A DNA stretch of 64,000 bases from Raillietiella orientalis (GCA_036172245.1 JAYWIR010000053.1:310001-374000), one strand, 5' to 3'. Shown: positions 23,038 to 35,180, counted from the first letter of the stretch. Program-made: numbers and translations. The notes: generated by a model from the letters alone, not told the origin.

Positions 23038-24940
23038 GAGCGGACGTGTCTTTTCGTTGCTCCTGAGTTCCATTTCCGTTGGTGCTTGTGCGTGGTGTGG
23101 GTGGAGGATTAGGCAGAAATGCCTGATACCACCACCGGTGAGGATCCGGGGGCGATGACCTCATTGCCCCCGGAGCAGATGGAGGTGGGAGCTCCCGCAT
23201 CAGTGGAGGCTCCCACCAGCACGGATGCGCCCCCGGCCCTACCCAGGGCTTGGAACGCCGGGGCTGCGACACCTACGCCAGCGGCTATGGCGGAAATGCG
23301 CGCTTACCTGGAGGAGGGGTATAACCCACCCCTTCTATATAAGGTAGGCGGTCTAAATTCTCCCGAGAACGCGCGCGCCTTCTCACAGGCGATGCGCGTT
23401 CTCGGCGTACAAAAAGAGGAGCTTCTGGCTATGTCCGTCAGAAGCGGGGGTCAATTTGTGGAAGTTATCTGCAAGGAGGCAACTCTTGCGCAGAGACTTC
23501 TGCGAACCCCCGTAAGTATGGGCAGCCGGAGGCTTCTCCCAATAACTGAAGACCGGTCGGTGATCATTCACCTGACCGGTATCACGTTCCGGATGACGAA
23601 GGAGGCCGTCCGGAACGAATTTGGAAAATTCGCAACTGTCCACGCGCTGTGGGGCAAGCCTACTCCTTTTGTCGATTACGACGGGTTGCTTGGCGGCCTG
23701 GGTGCAGCGCGAGTGACGGTTCGCGAGGGATGTGAGATTCCCCACAAACTCACCGTCAACGGTGAATCCGTTGACGTGTGGTACGTGGGGAAACCCAAGT
23801 TTTGCGGCTGCTGCATCAGCTTTGGTCACCTTAAAATGAGGTGTCCGAGCGTGCAGTGCCAGCAATGCAAACAAGCGGGGCACACCCGTCTGGTGTGCCC
23901 CCAAAACACAGTCCGCGTCGTGTCCACGAAAAACGCGAGAAAGCGCGCGGCAAAAAAGAGTAAGAAGCTGGCAGCTCGTGCTGCTGCTAAGGAGGTCACC
24001 TCCGCCACCAAGGCGAAGGCCAGCCCCGAGACTTCGGCGAAAGACGTCGAAAAGGTCGAGGGCGAGGGTCAAGAGCCAGGGTGGCAGAAGGTCGACCCCA
24101 AGAAAAACTCCCATAAGAAGGGAAAGAACGTGGCGAAACGGAGGGAAACCGCTCTGCGCCGCGATAAAATTAAAAGCTGCTGCGTCGTTGTAGAGCGGAT
24201 TCCCGCCATCGACGAATGCGGCGCTAAAGAACTCGCTGCGGCCCCTGCTCAACCCTCCGTTGACAAAGTCAACAAGGAGGGGAGCGAGGCGGCGGCGTCC
24301 GTCATCGAGCCCACGCTCGATGACGTCGCCTTCGAGCGCGCCGCGGAGGAGCTGGCTGCCTCGTTGCAGCCGGTTGCCCCCAAGGCTGGCAAGAAGGCCG
24401 TCAGGCGTCCGGCTTCCCCTCAGGAGTCGGCCACTTCCGACCCCGAGGTGAAAACCGGAAACACAGCATCCATCTCCGCGGCACCCCGCAAAAAGGCAGG
24501 ACGAAAGTCCACAATGCCCCGGAAGATCGTCTCCCCCGACGAAAGGGAAGAGATGGCTTCCGGTAGCGAGGGTGCCATGAGCGTGGGAAACTCCCGGGAC
24601 CCGTCGCCCGAGAGAATTCCACGCTCGGACACGGAGGCGATGGTGAGGATGGAGGCCGAACAGGTACCCCAGGCGCCTGAAGAGGCCTCCGTCCTCGTTC
24701 CGATGGTCCTCGAACCGATGGACCTTTCCTACACCTGCCCCGCGGCAGGTGCCGCGACGCCACTTTCCCAGCCATAATGCCGGGAATCGCCTCTCGCCGT
24801 CGTCTTCTGATCGCCTGTTGGAACGTGAACGGGCTAAGCGACGACGGCAAGAGGCGTGACGTGGCCGCCACCCTGGCATCCTTCGACCTGGTGCTGCTGC
24901 TGGAGATCCACGTGATCTTCGCAGATCAAGCCCGAGAGAT
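23038..24940 (+). mobile_element. 5' part of a B-related LINE: 5' UTR, intact ORF1, ORF2 start
   Basis: GAGCGGACGTG 5' motif; TAATG at 24775-24779; IACWNVNG; interrupted by D2. Confidence 0.88.
23119..24777 (+). CDS. Intact LINE ORF1p, 552 aa, gag-like nucleic-acid-binding protein with two CCHC zinc knuckles
   Basis: ATG start; CGCCISFGHLKMRC and CQQCKQAGHTRLVC; basic low-complexity C-terminus; stop overlaps the ORF2 ATG. Confidence 0.88.
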   Translation: MPDTTTGEDPGAMTSLPPEQMEVGAPASVEAPTSTDAPPALPRAWNAGAATPTPAAMAEMRAYLEEGYNPPLLYKVGGLNSPENARAFSQAMRVLGVQKEELLAMSVRSGGQFVEVICKEATLAQRLLRTPVSMGSRRLLPITEDRSVIIHLTGITFRMTKEAVRNEFGKFATVHALWGKPTPFVDYDGLLGGLGAARVTVREGCEIPHKLTVNGESVDVWYVGKPKFCGCCISFGHLKMRCPSVQCQQCKQAGHTRLVCPQNTVRVVSTKNARKRAAKKSKKLAARAAAKEVTSATKAKASPETSAKDVEKVEGEGQEPGWQKVDPKKNSHKKGKNVAKRRETALRRDKIKSCCVVVERIPAIDECGAKELAAAPAQPSVDKVNKEGSEAAASVIEPTLDDVAFERAAEELAASLQPVAPKAGKKAVRRPASPQESATSDPEVKTGNTASISAAPRKKAGRKSTMPRKIVSPDEREEMASGSEGAMSVGNSRDPSPERIPRSDTEAMVRMEAEQVPQAPEEASVLVPMVLEPMDLSYTCPAAGAATPLSQP

Positions 24941-27900
24941 TTCTCACCCGGTCACGCCGGGGCGTTTATTCCATATAACATAACCAAAAAAAAAAGCAAT
25001 TATACAAAATAAATCAGTTGGGAACCAAACTCCCAACCGACGACTGAACAAGAATGAAGAGAATATTGCTAACACGCAGGCCAGAGTAACAGTTTTGTGA
25101 ACAGTGTGGGGGGGCGGGAAACACAAAGAAACCAAAATAAAATAAAAACAATGAATAAGGAGGACGGGATAAGGGTCTTTGGGATCGCTCTGGAAGACAC
25201 AAAAATAAAAGCATGGGCACCGGAAATTTTACCGAGCGAACGGGGACGGGGTATGGGTGGGCGAAAGGTCGCAGGGGTCACCGGATTACGCCGTTCTCAA
25301 AGGTGTGTAAACCGGCGATGTATGCCAGTGATGTCCTCATTCACCTTGTCACGAAGATGAGACCACCTTGAAGCCTTCTCCATGAATTGAGCTGCAAGCA
25401 GGTGAGCCTCCCTTCGCTGCGATGACAACTCCAGGGCGTAGCGGGCCTTCACGATGGCGCGAACGCAACACATGGTTGCGACAATCGCGCCAACCGAAAG
25501 TCCATTTCTGCTGAAGAAGCGCCGCAGCACATCAATGGCAGTGCCTCCTTGTGGCATGATGGCCGAAGTGAGCCTTCGCCACAGTTCCCGGAGGTCACCG
25601 CAGTCCAACAAAAGGTGCGGAAAAGACTCGATCTCTCCGCACCTTAAACAGTTTGGCAAAGCAGCTCCCCCCGAAACGATGCTTCGCTGCCTATTACAGT
25701 GAAATGCACAATGTAAAAAGAGCAGCACATCTTGTTTCCACTTAAGGGGGAACACGGAGCTGTCCAAACAAACGGGGGGAACCACTATCTCTCCGGGGGG
25801 CACACTTAAATGTTCGCTCCACCGAAGCAGTCCCTTCGCCCGATTCCGAGGTGTGGCGGCTTGCACCAGCTCCTTTGTCGTCCAGCTGCCGAGGAGCTTA
25901 CTGACTCCCGCTATTTTGCAGGAGAACTCCCATTCCGCCGGTAGGCAACCGTCGTTGCTTGCCCTGAGGGCAGACAGCGCTACGGCGAGTGGTGTGGCGG
26001 CCAGACGATCCGAAAACTTCTTGTCCTGCATGACTTCGTCCATTTGATGACTGAGGAGAAGTCGCAGGCGTCGAAGATCTTCCGGGCGCGTTCCTTCGGA
26101 AGCTGCCCACGATGAAAAAGATTCCTGCCGCCATGCATTAATGTTCATGGGGCGGCAGGAGATCCAGCTTTGGGCTTCCAGCAGTGAGAACAGCTGCCTC
26201 AGCGGGAAGCCAAACCCTATTCTGGTGTGCCGAAAGTGGGGTAGCAACGAAAGCAGTCCCTCGCGTCCCGTGCAGCGCCTCAGTATAAGGCGTGCGGGTA
26301 AGCACCACGGCGTACACCACAGCTTGGCACAGAGCCGCAGCATGCGAAACTGCACCTGCAGTTCGATGCTGTTTAAGTCGAGGATGCCCAAGCCTGCATC
26401 CTGACGCGGCGCCACCAAGTCTTTAAGTCTAACACGGGATCTTGCAGCGCCCCACAACGCTTTGCGTAGAAGGCGCTGCGCCCAGACTTTGACTTCCTGG
26501 GGGGGTGGACAAACCAAAAACAGGGGGCGGAGGAGGGGGGCAACGAAGGTGTTCCAGATGCAGGCCCGTTCCGGCAAGACGAACTCGCCTCCTGAAAACG
26601 GGCTAAGTGCACGCTCTGCCTTCCGAAGGCAGTCCGACCACGCTTTTGAGACGCAGAAGTCGCCCAACGGCACGCCAAGGTACCTGAGGTACCTGCCCGT
26701 GGGGATCCCCAGGTCGATCCAGTCGGACTGCCCCTCCCACGTCGCACCAACCGGAACAACCATACACTTACTCCTGTTAACGCTCACGCCCGCACCACGA
26801 CGGATCAACTCAAAGAAATCTTCAAGCGACGCTGTCGGGGTGGACATGGGCAACAGGAGAAGCAGGTCGTCGGCATAGGCTGCCACGGCGGGCGTACCTG
26901 GACAGGAGCTCGGCAGGTTGGCTAGCGTCAGCCTGTAAGCCTCCAGCACCAATTCAAAATAGATGCTGAAGAGCAGCGGGCTTAAGCTGTCACCCTGCCT
27001 AATTCCTCGTCGTACCGGCACGCCGTACACGCGACAGCCACTGAAAACAATGGATGTAATCGCGTGGCGCCAGCAGGAGCGCAAGTACGCCAACAGGGAT
27101 GCCGGAAGACCCAGACGTTCCAAAAGCTCAAGAAGAAGCTTTTGGTTCACGCAATCGAAAGCTTTGTGCAGATCGACTGCAACCGCCAAGGCTCCCGGTG
27201 TCTCCCCTTGCGTCCCGCGCCTCCGTCGGTGAGAGATCGAAGGCGTCGCTTCCGCACGACGATCCACCGCCACACGATGCTGCAATTGCAGCCATGTGCG
27301 GATGAACAAGAGATTCGCGTCCATGGACCGCCCAGGAACAGCGTACGTCTGCTCCGAACTTACCAAGGATTCCGCGATCCTACCCATCCGCGCCACCCAA
27401 AGTTTCGAGAACAACTTGACGTCCGAATTCACTAATGTGATCGGACGCCAGTTGTTCAGTTGGCGCAAATCTCCGCCTTTCGGCAGTAGACGCACCTTCG
27501 CTGAGCGAAACGAGGCGGGGACATCGCGTGAGTCTCGCATCAGCGACGAGAGCTGGAGCACCAGAGGGATGAGCTCCGCCGCAAAACACTGAAAGAATTC
27601 CGCGGGGAGCCCATCTTCGCCTGGCGCTTTTCGTCTCTTGAGCCCCGAGATGGCCGAGGAAATTTCCTCTGCCGTGAAGGGCTCCTCAAGACGCGCGCGT
27701 TCCTCCTCGTCTACAACAGGTGCATCAATCGGCAGAAGCAGCCGGGAGAGGCTGCGTTCCGTCGGTGCCTCTGCATACAGAGAAGAGTAATAGCGCCTGA
27801 CTATCCGTCGCACGTCGGCTGGAGCCGAGCATTCCCGGTCCTGGTCGTCGAGCAGAACTGTCGCCCCTGACTGCCAGACCTGGCGCTCGGCCTTGGCCTT

Positions 27901-29558
27901 GTACTCGGATAATCGACCAACGTCCGCGCGCCTGGAAAAGGAGCGGGCCTGCAGAAAATCTCTGCTGTTGGCTACGCCCTCTCCGAAGCCGCGCGGAAGC
28001 TGGTGCAAGGGAAACCGGCAGCAGAACTCGCGGACCGATCTTTTCAGATCGTCCCAGTCCTCGAGCTCACTTATGGCAAATTCGAGGAGGTACTGGCGAA
28101 GTTGCTCAGCCGCCTCCGGGTGGCTTAGCCAGTCTGCCGGCATCCTCCAAAAACAGTTTGGAGGCCCCTTGCCTGGCGGGAGCAACTCGAACTCGAGCCT
28201 GTTGTGGTCTGAAAGCACGGACGGCACGGGACCTCTCCGACCCACTCGACAGAGCAAGTGTTCATCAAGGTATACGTGGTCCGGCGTTGCTGCCATAACA
28301 GGGTCGCTAGCGAACAAGTTGCACGCGTGCACGGACGCGCACATCTCTTCCGCTAGCAACTTTTCCCTTTTGTGGGATCTATTCTCGGAAAGCAGGTGGA
28401 CGTTAAAGTCCCCCGCAATGAGATGGGCCACAGTAGGGTGAGATCGAGTGAGCCACTGGCCTTGAAGGGTACCGAAGAACTCAATCCTTTCGGCCCATCG
28501 TCTAGCACCGCTCGGCGCGTACACGTTGGTTACGACAAGGTCGATCGAGTCGGACCACTTGAGTACAAGCTGTCCCACTCGGCCTTCCGTGTCGAAACGA
28601 ACGCTGCGCACCGCTCCCGCCAAAGTTCCTCGCACGAAGAAAGCGACGCCGCACGTACGTGCAACGCCGCACCTATAAAGTAGCGTTCCGCCCGCGCGCC
28701 GTTCGATTTCGGCAGCCTGCTCTCCGGAGATGCTGTGAATCTCCTGCAGGAGCGTCAAGTCGAAGGCGCGCAGAGCGTCAGCCACTAGTCGCCTCTTCTC
28801 CTCGTGTTGGAGCCCGTTGACGTTCCAAGACGTTACGGCAACACGACGAGAAGACGCGATTGCCCTCATCACGGCTGGGAAAGCGAGGCCGTGGTGCTCG
28901 CCTCACCCGGCGAGCGGGCAGTAAGCAGCACGACGGGCTGGAGGGCGCGGTCGCCACCGGCCTCAACTGTGCTGCACGTAATCGGGTGCTCCTCCCCGGG
29001 TGCAGAACCTGTGGGTTCCGGGGTGAGCACTCGCCGTTCCGCGGCGATTGTGTCACGCCTCAGGGCTTCAGCCCTGCGGGCGCTCGCTCCCGCGCGAGTT
29101 ACGCGTCGTTCAGCTGCGTTATCGGACTCCTTTGCGAAGTCTGATGCTCGCACGATCGACGTGCGCTTGCATCCTTCCGATTGCACCGGAATGGTCTTCT
29201 CGGCGGTCACAGAAGCGGACTTGCACGCGTTGAAGGCGTTGGCTTTTTCCTTGGAAGAGTCACAAGATGCGCGTGTTTTCGTATTCGCGCGACTGCTTTT
29301 TCCTTTGGAAGAGCTCAGGGATGGAGGTTGCGGAGCTTTCTTTGGAGATTTTTCTTTCCTCCTCTCCACAACCTTCCATTCGCCTTCGCGATTTTCGGAA
29401 GCTTCCGCGACAGTAGTTGCGGAAACCTCCAGGATTTTGGCTGCGTTCTCTGGGGTCGTTGCTTTCGCTACGCCTTTAAAAGGCGGCAACGGAGTCATAT
29501 TGTTGAAAGTTGTTCGCTGACTCGGCAGGAGATTCCTCCTCTCCTGCCGAGACAGCGA
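24941..29558 (-). mobile_element. Family D LINE copy D2 (3' portion, intact ORF2)
   Basis: Terminal hairpin and AATAAA at 24947-24970; ORF2 open; ORF1 C-terminal half open up to the A insertion site. Confidence 0.92.
25297..28869 (-). CDS. Intact LINE ORF2p (~1190 aa): APE endonuclease, reverse transcriptase, C-terminal zinc finger
   Basis: SWNVNG, LQE, NVYAP, AGDFN, PDH, SDH; WRPITL, DLHKAFD, QGDSLSP, YADD, RYLG; CLRCGEIESFPHLLLDC; ATG overlaps the ORF1 TGA. Confidence 0.93.
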   Translation of the reverse strand: MRAIASSRRVAVTSWNVNGLQHEEKRRLVADALRAFDLTLLQEIHSISGEQAAEIERRAGGTLLYRCGVARTCGVAFFVRGTLAGAVRSVRFDTEGRVGQLVLKWSDSIDLVVTNVYAPSGARRWAERIEFFGTLQGQWLTRSHPTVAHLIAGDFNVHLLSENRSHKREKLLAEEMCASVHACNLFASDPVMAATPDHVYLDEHLLCRVGRRGPVPSVLSDHNRLEFELLPPGKGPPNCFWRMPADWLSHPEAAEQLRQYLLEFAISELEDWDDLKRSVREFCCRFPLHQLPRGFGEGVANSRDFLQARSFSRRADVGRLSEYKAKAERQVWQSGATVLLDDQDRECSAPADVRRIVRRYYSSLYAEAPTERSLSRLLLPIDAPVVDEEERARLEEPFTAEEISSAISGLKRRKAPGEDGLPAEFFQCFAAELIPLVLQLSSLMRDSRDVPASFRSAKVRLLPKGGDLRQLNNWRPITLVNSDVKLFSKLWVARMGRIAESLVSSEQTYAVPGRSMDANLLFIRTWLQLQHRVAVDRRAEATPSISHRRRRGTQGETPGALAVAVDLHKAFDCVNQKLLLELLERLGLPASLLAYLRSCWRHAITSIVFSGCRVYGVPVRRGIRQGDSLSPLLFSIYFELVLEAYRLTLANLPSSCPGTPAVAAYADDLLLLLPMSTPTASLEDFFELIRRGAGVSVNRSKCMVVPVGATWEGQSDWIDLGIPTGRYLRYLGVPLGDFCVSKAWSDCLRKAERALSPFSGGEFVLPERACIWNTFVAPLLRPLFLVCPPPQEVKVWAQRLLRKALWGAARSRVRLKDLVAPRQDAGLGILDLNSIELQVQFRMLRLCAKLWCTPWCLPARLILRRCTGREGLLSLLPHFRHTRIGFGFPLRQLFSLLEAQSWISCRPMNINAWRQESFSSWAASEGTRPEDLRRLRLLLSHQMDEVMQDKKFSDRLAATPLAVALSALRASNDGCLPAEWEFSCKIAGVSKLLGSWTTKELVQAATPRNRAKGLLRWSEHLSVPPGEIVVPPVCLDSSVFPLKWKQDVLLFLHCAFHCNRQRSIVSGGAALPNCLRCGEIESFPHLLLDCGDLRELWRRLTSAIMPQGGTAIDVLRRFFSRNGLSVGAIVATMCCVRAIVKARYALELSSQRREAHLLAAQFMEKASRWSHLRDKVNEDITGIHRRFTHL

Positions 29559-32500
29559 ACTTGCTCCGCGGCTCAAAGTATTGTGCTCTTGACAAAGTAA
29601 TTAGTTAATTGTGCTCGTGTGTGCCCGGAGAGGGGAAGTTTTTAAGACGAAACTAAAAAAAAGAAGCGGCGAGGAGATCGCGGCAAAAGACCTGCAGTGG
29701 TCCCGTGCAGCAAGACGAGCTGCCAGGATGCAGGCACCTAGAAGAGGAGTGGAGAGACCGTCGTCCCCCATGGAAGCCATGGAGGTAACGTGCGGCAACG
29801 GCGAGGCGGTGGCAGGCATGCCGAGGATCGCGCCCGCGGCGGGCTTTGCTGCGCCGGCGGCGGCGATGCCAAGGGTCGTGCCCGCGGCGACGACGGCAGA
29901 GGTCGTGCCCGCGGCGGCGACGCCGAGGATCGTGCCCGCGGCGGGGAAGGTCGCGCCTGCGGCGGCGATGCCGAGGGTGCCGCCCGCGGCGGTAACGGCG
30001 GCAACGTCGAGGTTTGCGCCCGCGGCGGGGGCGTCCCAGGCGGGACCCGCGGGCGTCCACGCGGTGCAGGGAGCGACGCCATCTTGTTCGGCTGCGGCGT
30101 CGCAGCCCTTTTCTTATGCGTCATTGGCGGCTGGACAGGCGAGTGACCACCCACCTCGGAAATTCGGTAAGCCGCTTAGCGGAAAAGTACTAAAAGTGGA
30201 CCGACCAATAGTCGAAATAGGCCCCAACGTGAAGCCCATTATCTTCAAGACGTGGCTAATAAAATTAAATAACATCAGGGAGGTCTATTTGTCCCTCGAC
30301 AAGACGGACATAGACTTTGATCGCATTCAGGCGATCATTCCATCGAACAACGGATTCACAGTCTTTAAAGACTGTGAAAACATTAGAGAGCGATTGATCC
30401 AGAAGGGGATCCATATACAAGGACGGATGGTTTGTGGTATTGGCGAAATGCCATACACAACCGTCTTTTTAAACGGCATCTCCATCCTCACACCGCAACT
30501 AGCGGTGTGGAATTCCTTGGAGCAGTTTGGGGAAGTTCTGGACCTTGAATTCCAGAACTTCTCTGGAAACATATTTTCTGGCGACATGATCCCAAGATGA
30601 AGTTGAGGGAGGGAGCGGTGATCCCTGGATTGGCCGTTATTGACGAACAATCCCAGGGAGTGAATGTGCGTTACCGGCAACAACCGGTATTCTGCACCGG
30701 GTGCAAGCAGTTCTGCCACAGGGCCGGCTCTTGCCCAACGTGTCGTTGTTTCCGCTGCGGCAAAGTAGGACATCAAGTCCGAAACTGCCCGCAGCCGGAG
30801 GTGTGCTCCTTCTGCAAGAAACACGGACATGCGAAATGGAGCTGTGCGGAGTTTGCAAACTGCAGGAGGATTCGAGGTCTCTCTCCCGTGAGAGAGAGAA
30901 ACACCGAGGAGGCGGAACAGCCTCAGAAGGCAGGAAGGCCGAAGAAGGTGAAAGAAGCCGTTGCGGTATCGGAAAACGGCTTCATACAGGTAGGGAAGAA
31001 AGGAAAGAGGAGGATGCTCGTCAAGGAGCAAGAAACCCCTTTTATCCTGGAACGTGAAGAGCAAGAAGGCGAGAGGATGGAGGTAGCGCAGGAAGGCGCG
31101 GAAGAAGAAATAGCCAAAGCCACTTCGGTGTCGCAGGAGGCCCTGCAATCTACGGAGGAGTTCGCATCACTGGCTAATGAAGTCCTAGAAGTGCAGAGCG
31201 GTCACCAGCAAGAGAAAATCTTGCAGAAGATCTGCAATGCACAGGAGAACATCAACCAGGTGGTGGAGGTCGCTGAACGCGAGAAGTTAGAGGAACAGCT
31301 TCTCGACGTGAAGGCGAACTTCTGCGCCAAGGTCGAGATAGAGGCGCTATCTCGAAAATTGATCGCGCAGGCGGAACACTCTTCGGAGGAGGCGGAAATT
31401 ACCGACCTCACAGGTACCGAGAGTGACGCCGGCAGCGAGAAGCCCGCTGCTTCTTCATTGTCTGGAAGAGCACGCTCTCTCAGACAGAAGAAGCTCAGGA
31501 AGGTTAAAAAATAGGTCTTCCTTTTTTATGGTCTCTTCCCTATCGACCGCCATCAGGATGAACATCGCCTCCTGGAACGTAAACGGTGTGGTCGACCAGG
31601 GAAAAAGAAAAAGGATTGTGCAGACCGTCGCACAACAAGACATCGTGTGCCTGCAGGAGACCCGCAGGATGGGTCTGGAGATAAGCCAGCGAATGGAACG
31701 ACGATTCAACGGGCAGATGTTCGTCAACGAAGGAGAACGGTACACGAAGGGTGTGGCGGTGCTAATAAAGAACCACTTAGCCCCCACAATTCTGGAAGTG
31801 TTCTGTCCCCAACCCGTACGAATCATCGGCGTGCGACTGGCCTGGTCCGCGACTGTTCACCTTATCCTGGTGAACGTGTACGGGCCGCACAGGCTAAAAC
31901 ATCGTTGCGCGGAGGCGCTGCATGCAACACTCCGGCAAAAGGTCGCCCCTAAGGACGTCGTGATTGTTGCTGGCGATCTCAACTTCTTGGATGTGATCAT
32001 TCATTCGGAAGACGCCAGAGGAAGGACGGCGTATCGACGGCTATCCGAGGAGTTCGGACTGGTCTGGCGAACAGCAAGCCAAAAGCCAATCGATCACGTC
32101 CTGCACAGCACCGAACTTGGGAACCGCATCCAGGGGTTTCGCGACACTATGACTACGGTGTCCGATCACCCCCTGGTGCGGTTTTCCCTAAGAACGGAGA
32201 ATCCTCAGCGGAGGCAAGGCACCAGGGCGGCGCTCGTCAGCATGCCCGTCTGGTTCGAAACCAGTCCCGGAAATCAGGCTGTCCTGGAGACGATTCTGAA
32301 GGCAACAACCATCCGAAAAGTCGCCGACTGGGACAGCCTGAAACACAGAATGCACCTGTTATCAAACATGCAGTTCGGAGATAGGCGTTTGAGGCAGGAG
32401 GCGTACCGGGAGCTGAACATCCAAGATCGCTCACTCTTAAAGTACTTCGTTCAGTACGAGAGTCGGTACGTCTTTAAGAACATAAAAGGGTAAGTCGACG

Positions 32501-35180
32501 TGCTGGAGAAGAGAAATCTGGCAACAGATATCTTCTGCATTCAGAACGACGGTCAAAAGCGACAGTCGTCTGAGGACATCGTGGATGTTTTTCAAAGGCA
32601 TTACACGAAACACTTTAGGCGACAACATCTCTGTCGCTCTAGTCAACAGGCCTTTCTGAGCTACCTCGAGAAGAGGACCGACGACCTCCAGCGGAACAGA
32701 CTGGAGGAGGAGATCTCCGAAGAAGAGGTGAAGACTGCGTTTGGGCAACTACGCAAGGACGTGACAGCGGGCCCTGACAGTGTACCCATCACGCACTATC
32801 AGCGGTACCTGCACGCCTACCTGCGCTTGTTCCACCAGTTGACCCTCTGCATCCGGGAAGAAGGCAGACTACCTCAGTCCTTCTACGAGAGTCGGATGAG
32901 ATTGCTGCCGAAAGGAGGCGACTCTACCCAGATCGCCCAATGGAGGCCAATCTCGATTCTAAACTCCGATGCCAAGTGGTTGGCGAAGATCTGGTCCAAC
33001 CGCTTAGGCAAGGTCATGTCGAGACTGATCTCTCTGGTCCAGACATGTACAGTCCCAGGACGACACATGTCGGACAATGTCAAGTGTGCCCAGGCCACTG
33101 TTGGACTCAGTCGATACGTCGGCGAGAACCTGGTGCTGGTGTTCACTGACATGGAGAAAGCCTTCGACTCCATCGACCACGGGATGCTGCTGAAGGTTCT
33201 GGAGAAGCTAGGGCTCCCGGAACACTTCAGCAGCTTCGTGAGGGCGGTACTCCAGAACCAGTACTGCCGAATCAAGATCAACTGCCAGGAGACGGCAGCA
33301 ATCAGGATGGAACGAGTAGTCCGACAGGGCGACTCGCTAAGTCCGATGCTGTTCGTCATCTATATGGAGGCGTTGTCGTCCTTTATCGAGAAGAGCGGAC
33401 GACTAAGCGGGATTGCCATCGATAGCCAGCGTCTTACCCATCTGGCATACGCCGATGATCTACTCTTCTTCATCAAGGGAGAGAAAAATCAGCGTGCGTT
33501 TCTGGATGTGGTGGACCTGATCGAACAGGGCTTGTGCTTAAAAATCAATTCCCAGAAGAGCCAGCTTTTGCCCGTCGGAATACTGGATCTCTCCACTCTA
33601 ACGGGTAGTGGATTCCGTACGGTGGACACGTCCAAGTACCTGGGAGTCTACATCGGCGACGGCTCTGCGTCGAAGATGCTGTGGAAGGAATTCCTGGGGA
33701 AAACGGCCAAGGAAACAGCCAAGTACACCCGAACGGACCTTGGGATGAAGCGAAAGGCCAACATATGGAACGAAGTACTTCTTACGAAAGTGCTCTTCGG
33801 GGCGGCCTTCGCGAGGATGAACAAGGACTCTACTAGGGAGTTCGACAAGCTGCAAAGAAAAACACTCAGGGGTCACCATCGCCCAAGAGTAAGACCGAAA
33901 CCCCTGTGTCCTCCCAGGGAAGAAGGCGGTTCCGGGATGAAGTCGCTTGCACATCCCATGGAAATCATGGATACGCGACACATCCTGGACATTGCCACTC
34001 ACTGGGATGACTGGCCGTATGCGGCGCACAGGGCCTACTCGTTGTTGCTTAACAACTCGAAAGGCCTGATGACTGCGCTGCTAGGCAAAGTAGGGAAATC
34101 GATAACAATCGACACGACCTGGAGGAGGAAGCAACGGCTGGTGCGGAAGCACCAAATCAAGATCGTGCCGCGCAGCAGGGTACTCTGGCAGCACGAGTCC
34201 ATCCTGGTGATCCCTTGGTTGCTTCCTGTCCAGCCGGACACAAGAAGCTGGATCTACCAGCGGTCCAGAGTTACCCTACTGCAAATCCAGGAGTGGAGGC
34301 GAGGAGGCTACCTACATCAAACACGTATACTTCGGTATACAGAGATGATGTTAGGAAGGTTTACCCACAGGACCCGCGAAGTCTGGTTCAACCACAACGA
34401 CTTCGCATGGTCGAGGGTAACCAGAACAAAACTCGGAAGGCTTATCCAAGAAAACGCCCGTGACACCAGTGCCCTCCAGGAAGCCTGCGAACGCTACGGG
34501 AGAGAACGGTTAAACCTGTTAGCGATCGGCACGACGCTCTGGAGGAGTGGCCTTCCACCGGGCACCCAGGATGACCTCCTGAAGTTTTATCACGGAGGAA
34601 TCCAGAGTGGGTCCCGATTGCAGCACTTCACAGGAAGACGGGAAGACCGAGACTGCGCAGCATGTGGAGACGACGACACGAGACTTCACGTCTTGACGTC
34701 TCCCACACTCCTGCATGAATGGCTGATCCTGAAAAGGATCATAGGACTTACCAACAAGTCCGTTATGGAGATCCTCGCCGGGATGTTTCATGGGGATGGT
34801 AATGTTCCCTGTTACAATCCCATGGTGAGGACGACCATAGCCCTCTTCATCACCGCCATACTTGTGCGGTGGTGGAAAATGAGGAAAGCCAGAAGAGCCG
34901 CACCACCGATGGAGATCCTACAAGGGCTCTTGAAGAGGGAAATCGGCATCAGGAACTGCGGGAAGATCCACGCCTGGACGTACCGATTCATCCTGAAGAG
35001 GATCCAGGACGACGCCCGGGACCATCCAGCTGGAATTCCCCTCTGAAAAGCAGAACTCTAGTGCAACCCAAGGACCCCCAAGTGCAAAATAATTGTATTG
35101 AGTAAATGAGAGTGCGAATGTAAATTTTGTATTTTTATAGAAAAGTAAACTTACCCCACCCCTTGTGGGACTTGGGGAAA
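29559..35180 (+). mobile_element. Full-length family A LINE copy A3, near-identical to A1
   Basis: Same ORF1 frameshift (~30593) and same EN/RT TAA (32491-32493) as A1; RT portion open 32500-35046. Confidence 0.92.
32500..35046 (+). pseudogene. RT-to-C-terminus portion of A3 ORF2 (848 aa open, separated from EN by one stop)
   Basis: DMEKAFD, QGDSLSP, YADD, KYLG; no ATG start (GTG); in frame with the upstream EN ORF. Confidence 0.85.

Noticed and set aside
23383..24879. 498-aa antisense ORF, and the many similar short shadow ORFs
   Set aside because: It overlaps a real GC-rich ORF1 on the other strand, has no recognisable motif, and is not kept open in the paralogous ORF1s.
25297..28869. Prokaryotic RT system (retron, DGR, group II intron) or LTR element
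   Set aside because: APE-RT-zinc finger fusion downstream of a CCHC ORF1 is diagnostic of non-LTR retrotransposons; I see no integrase, protease or LTRs.
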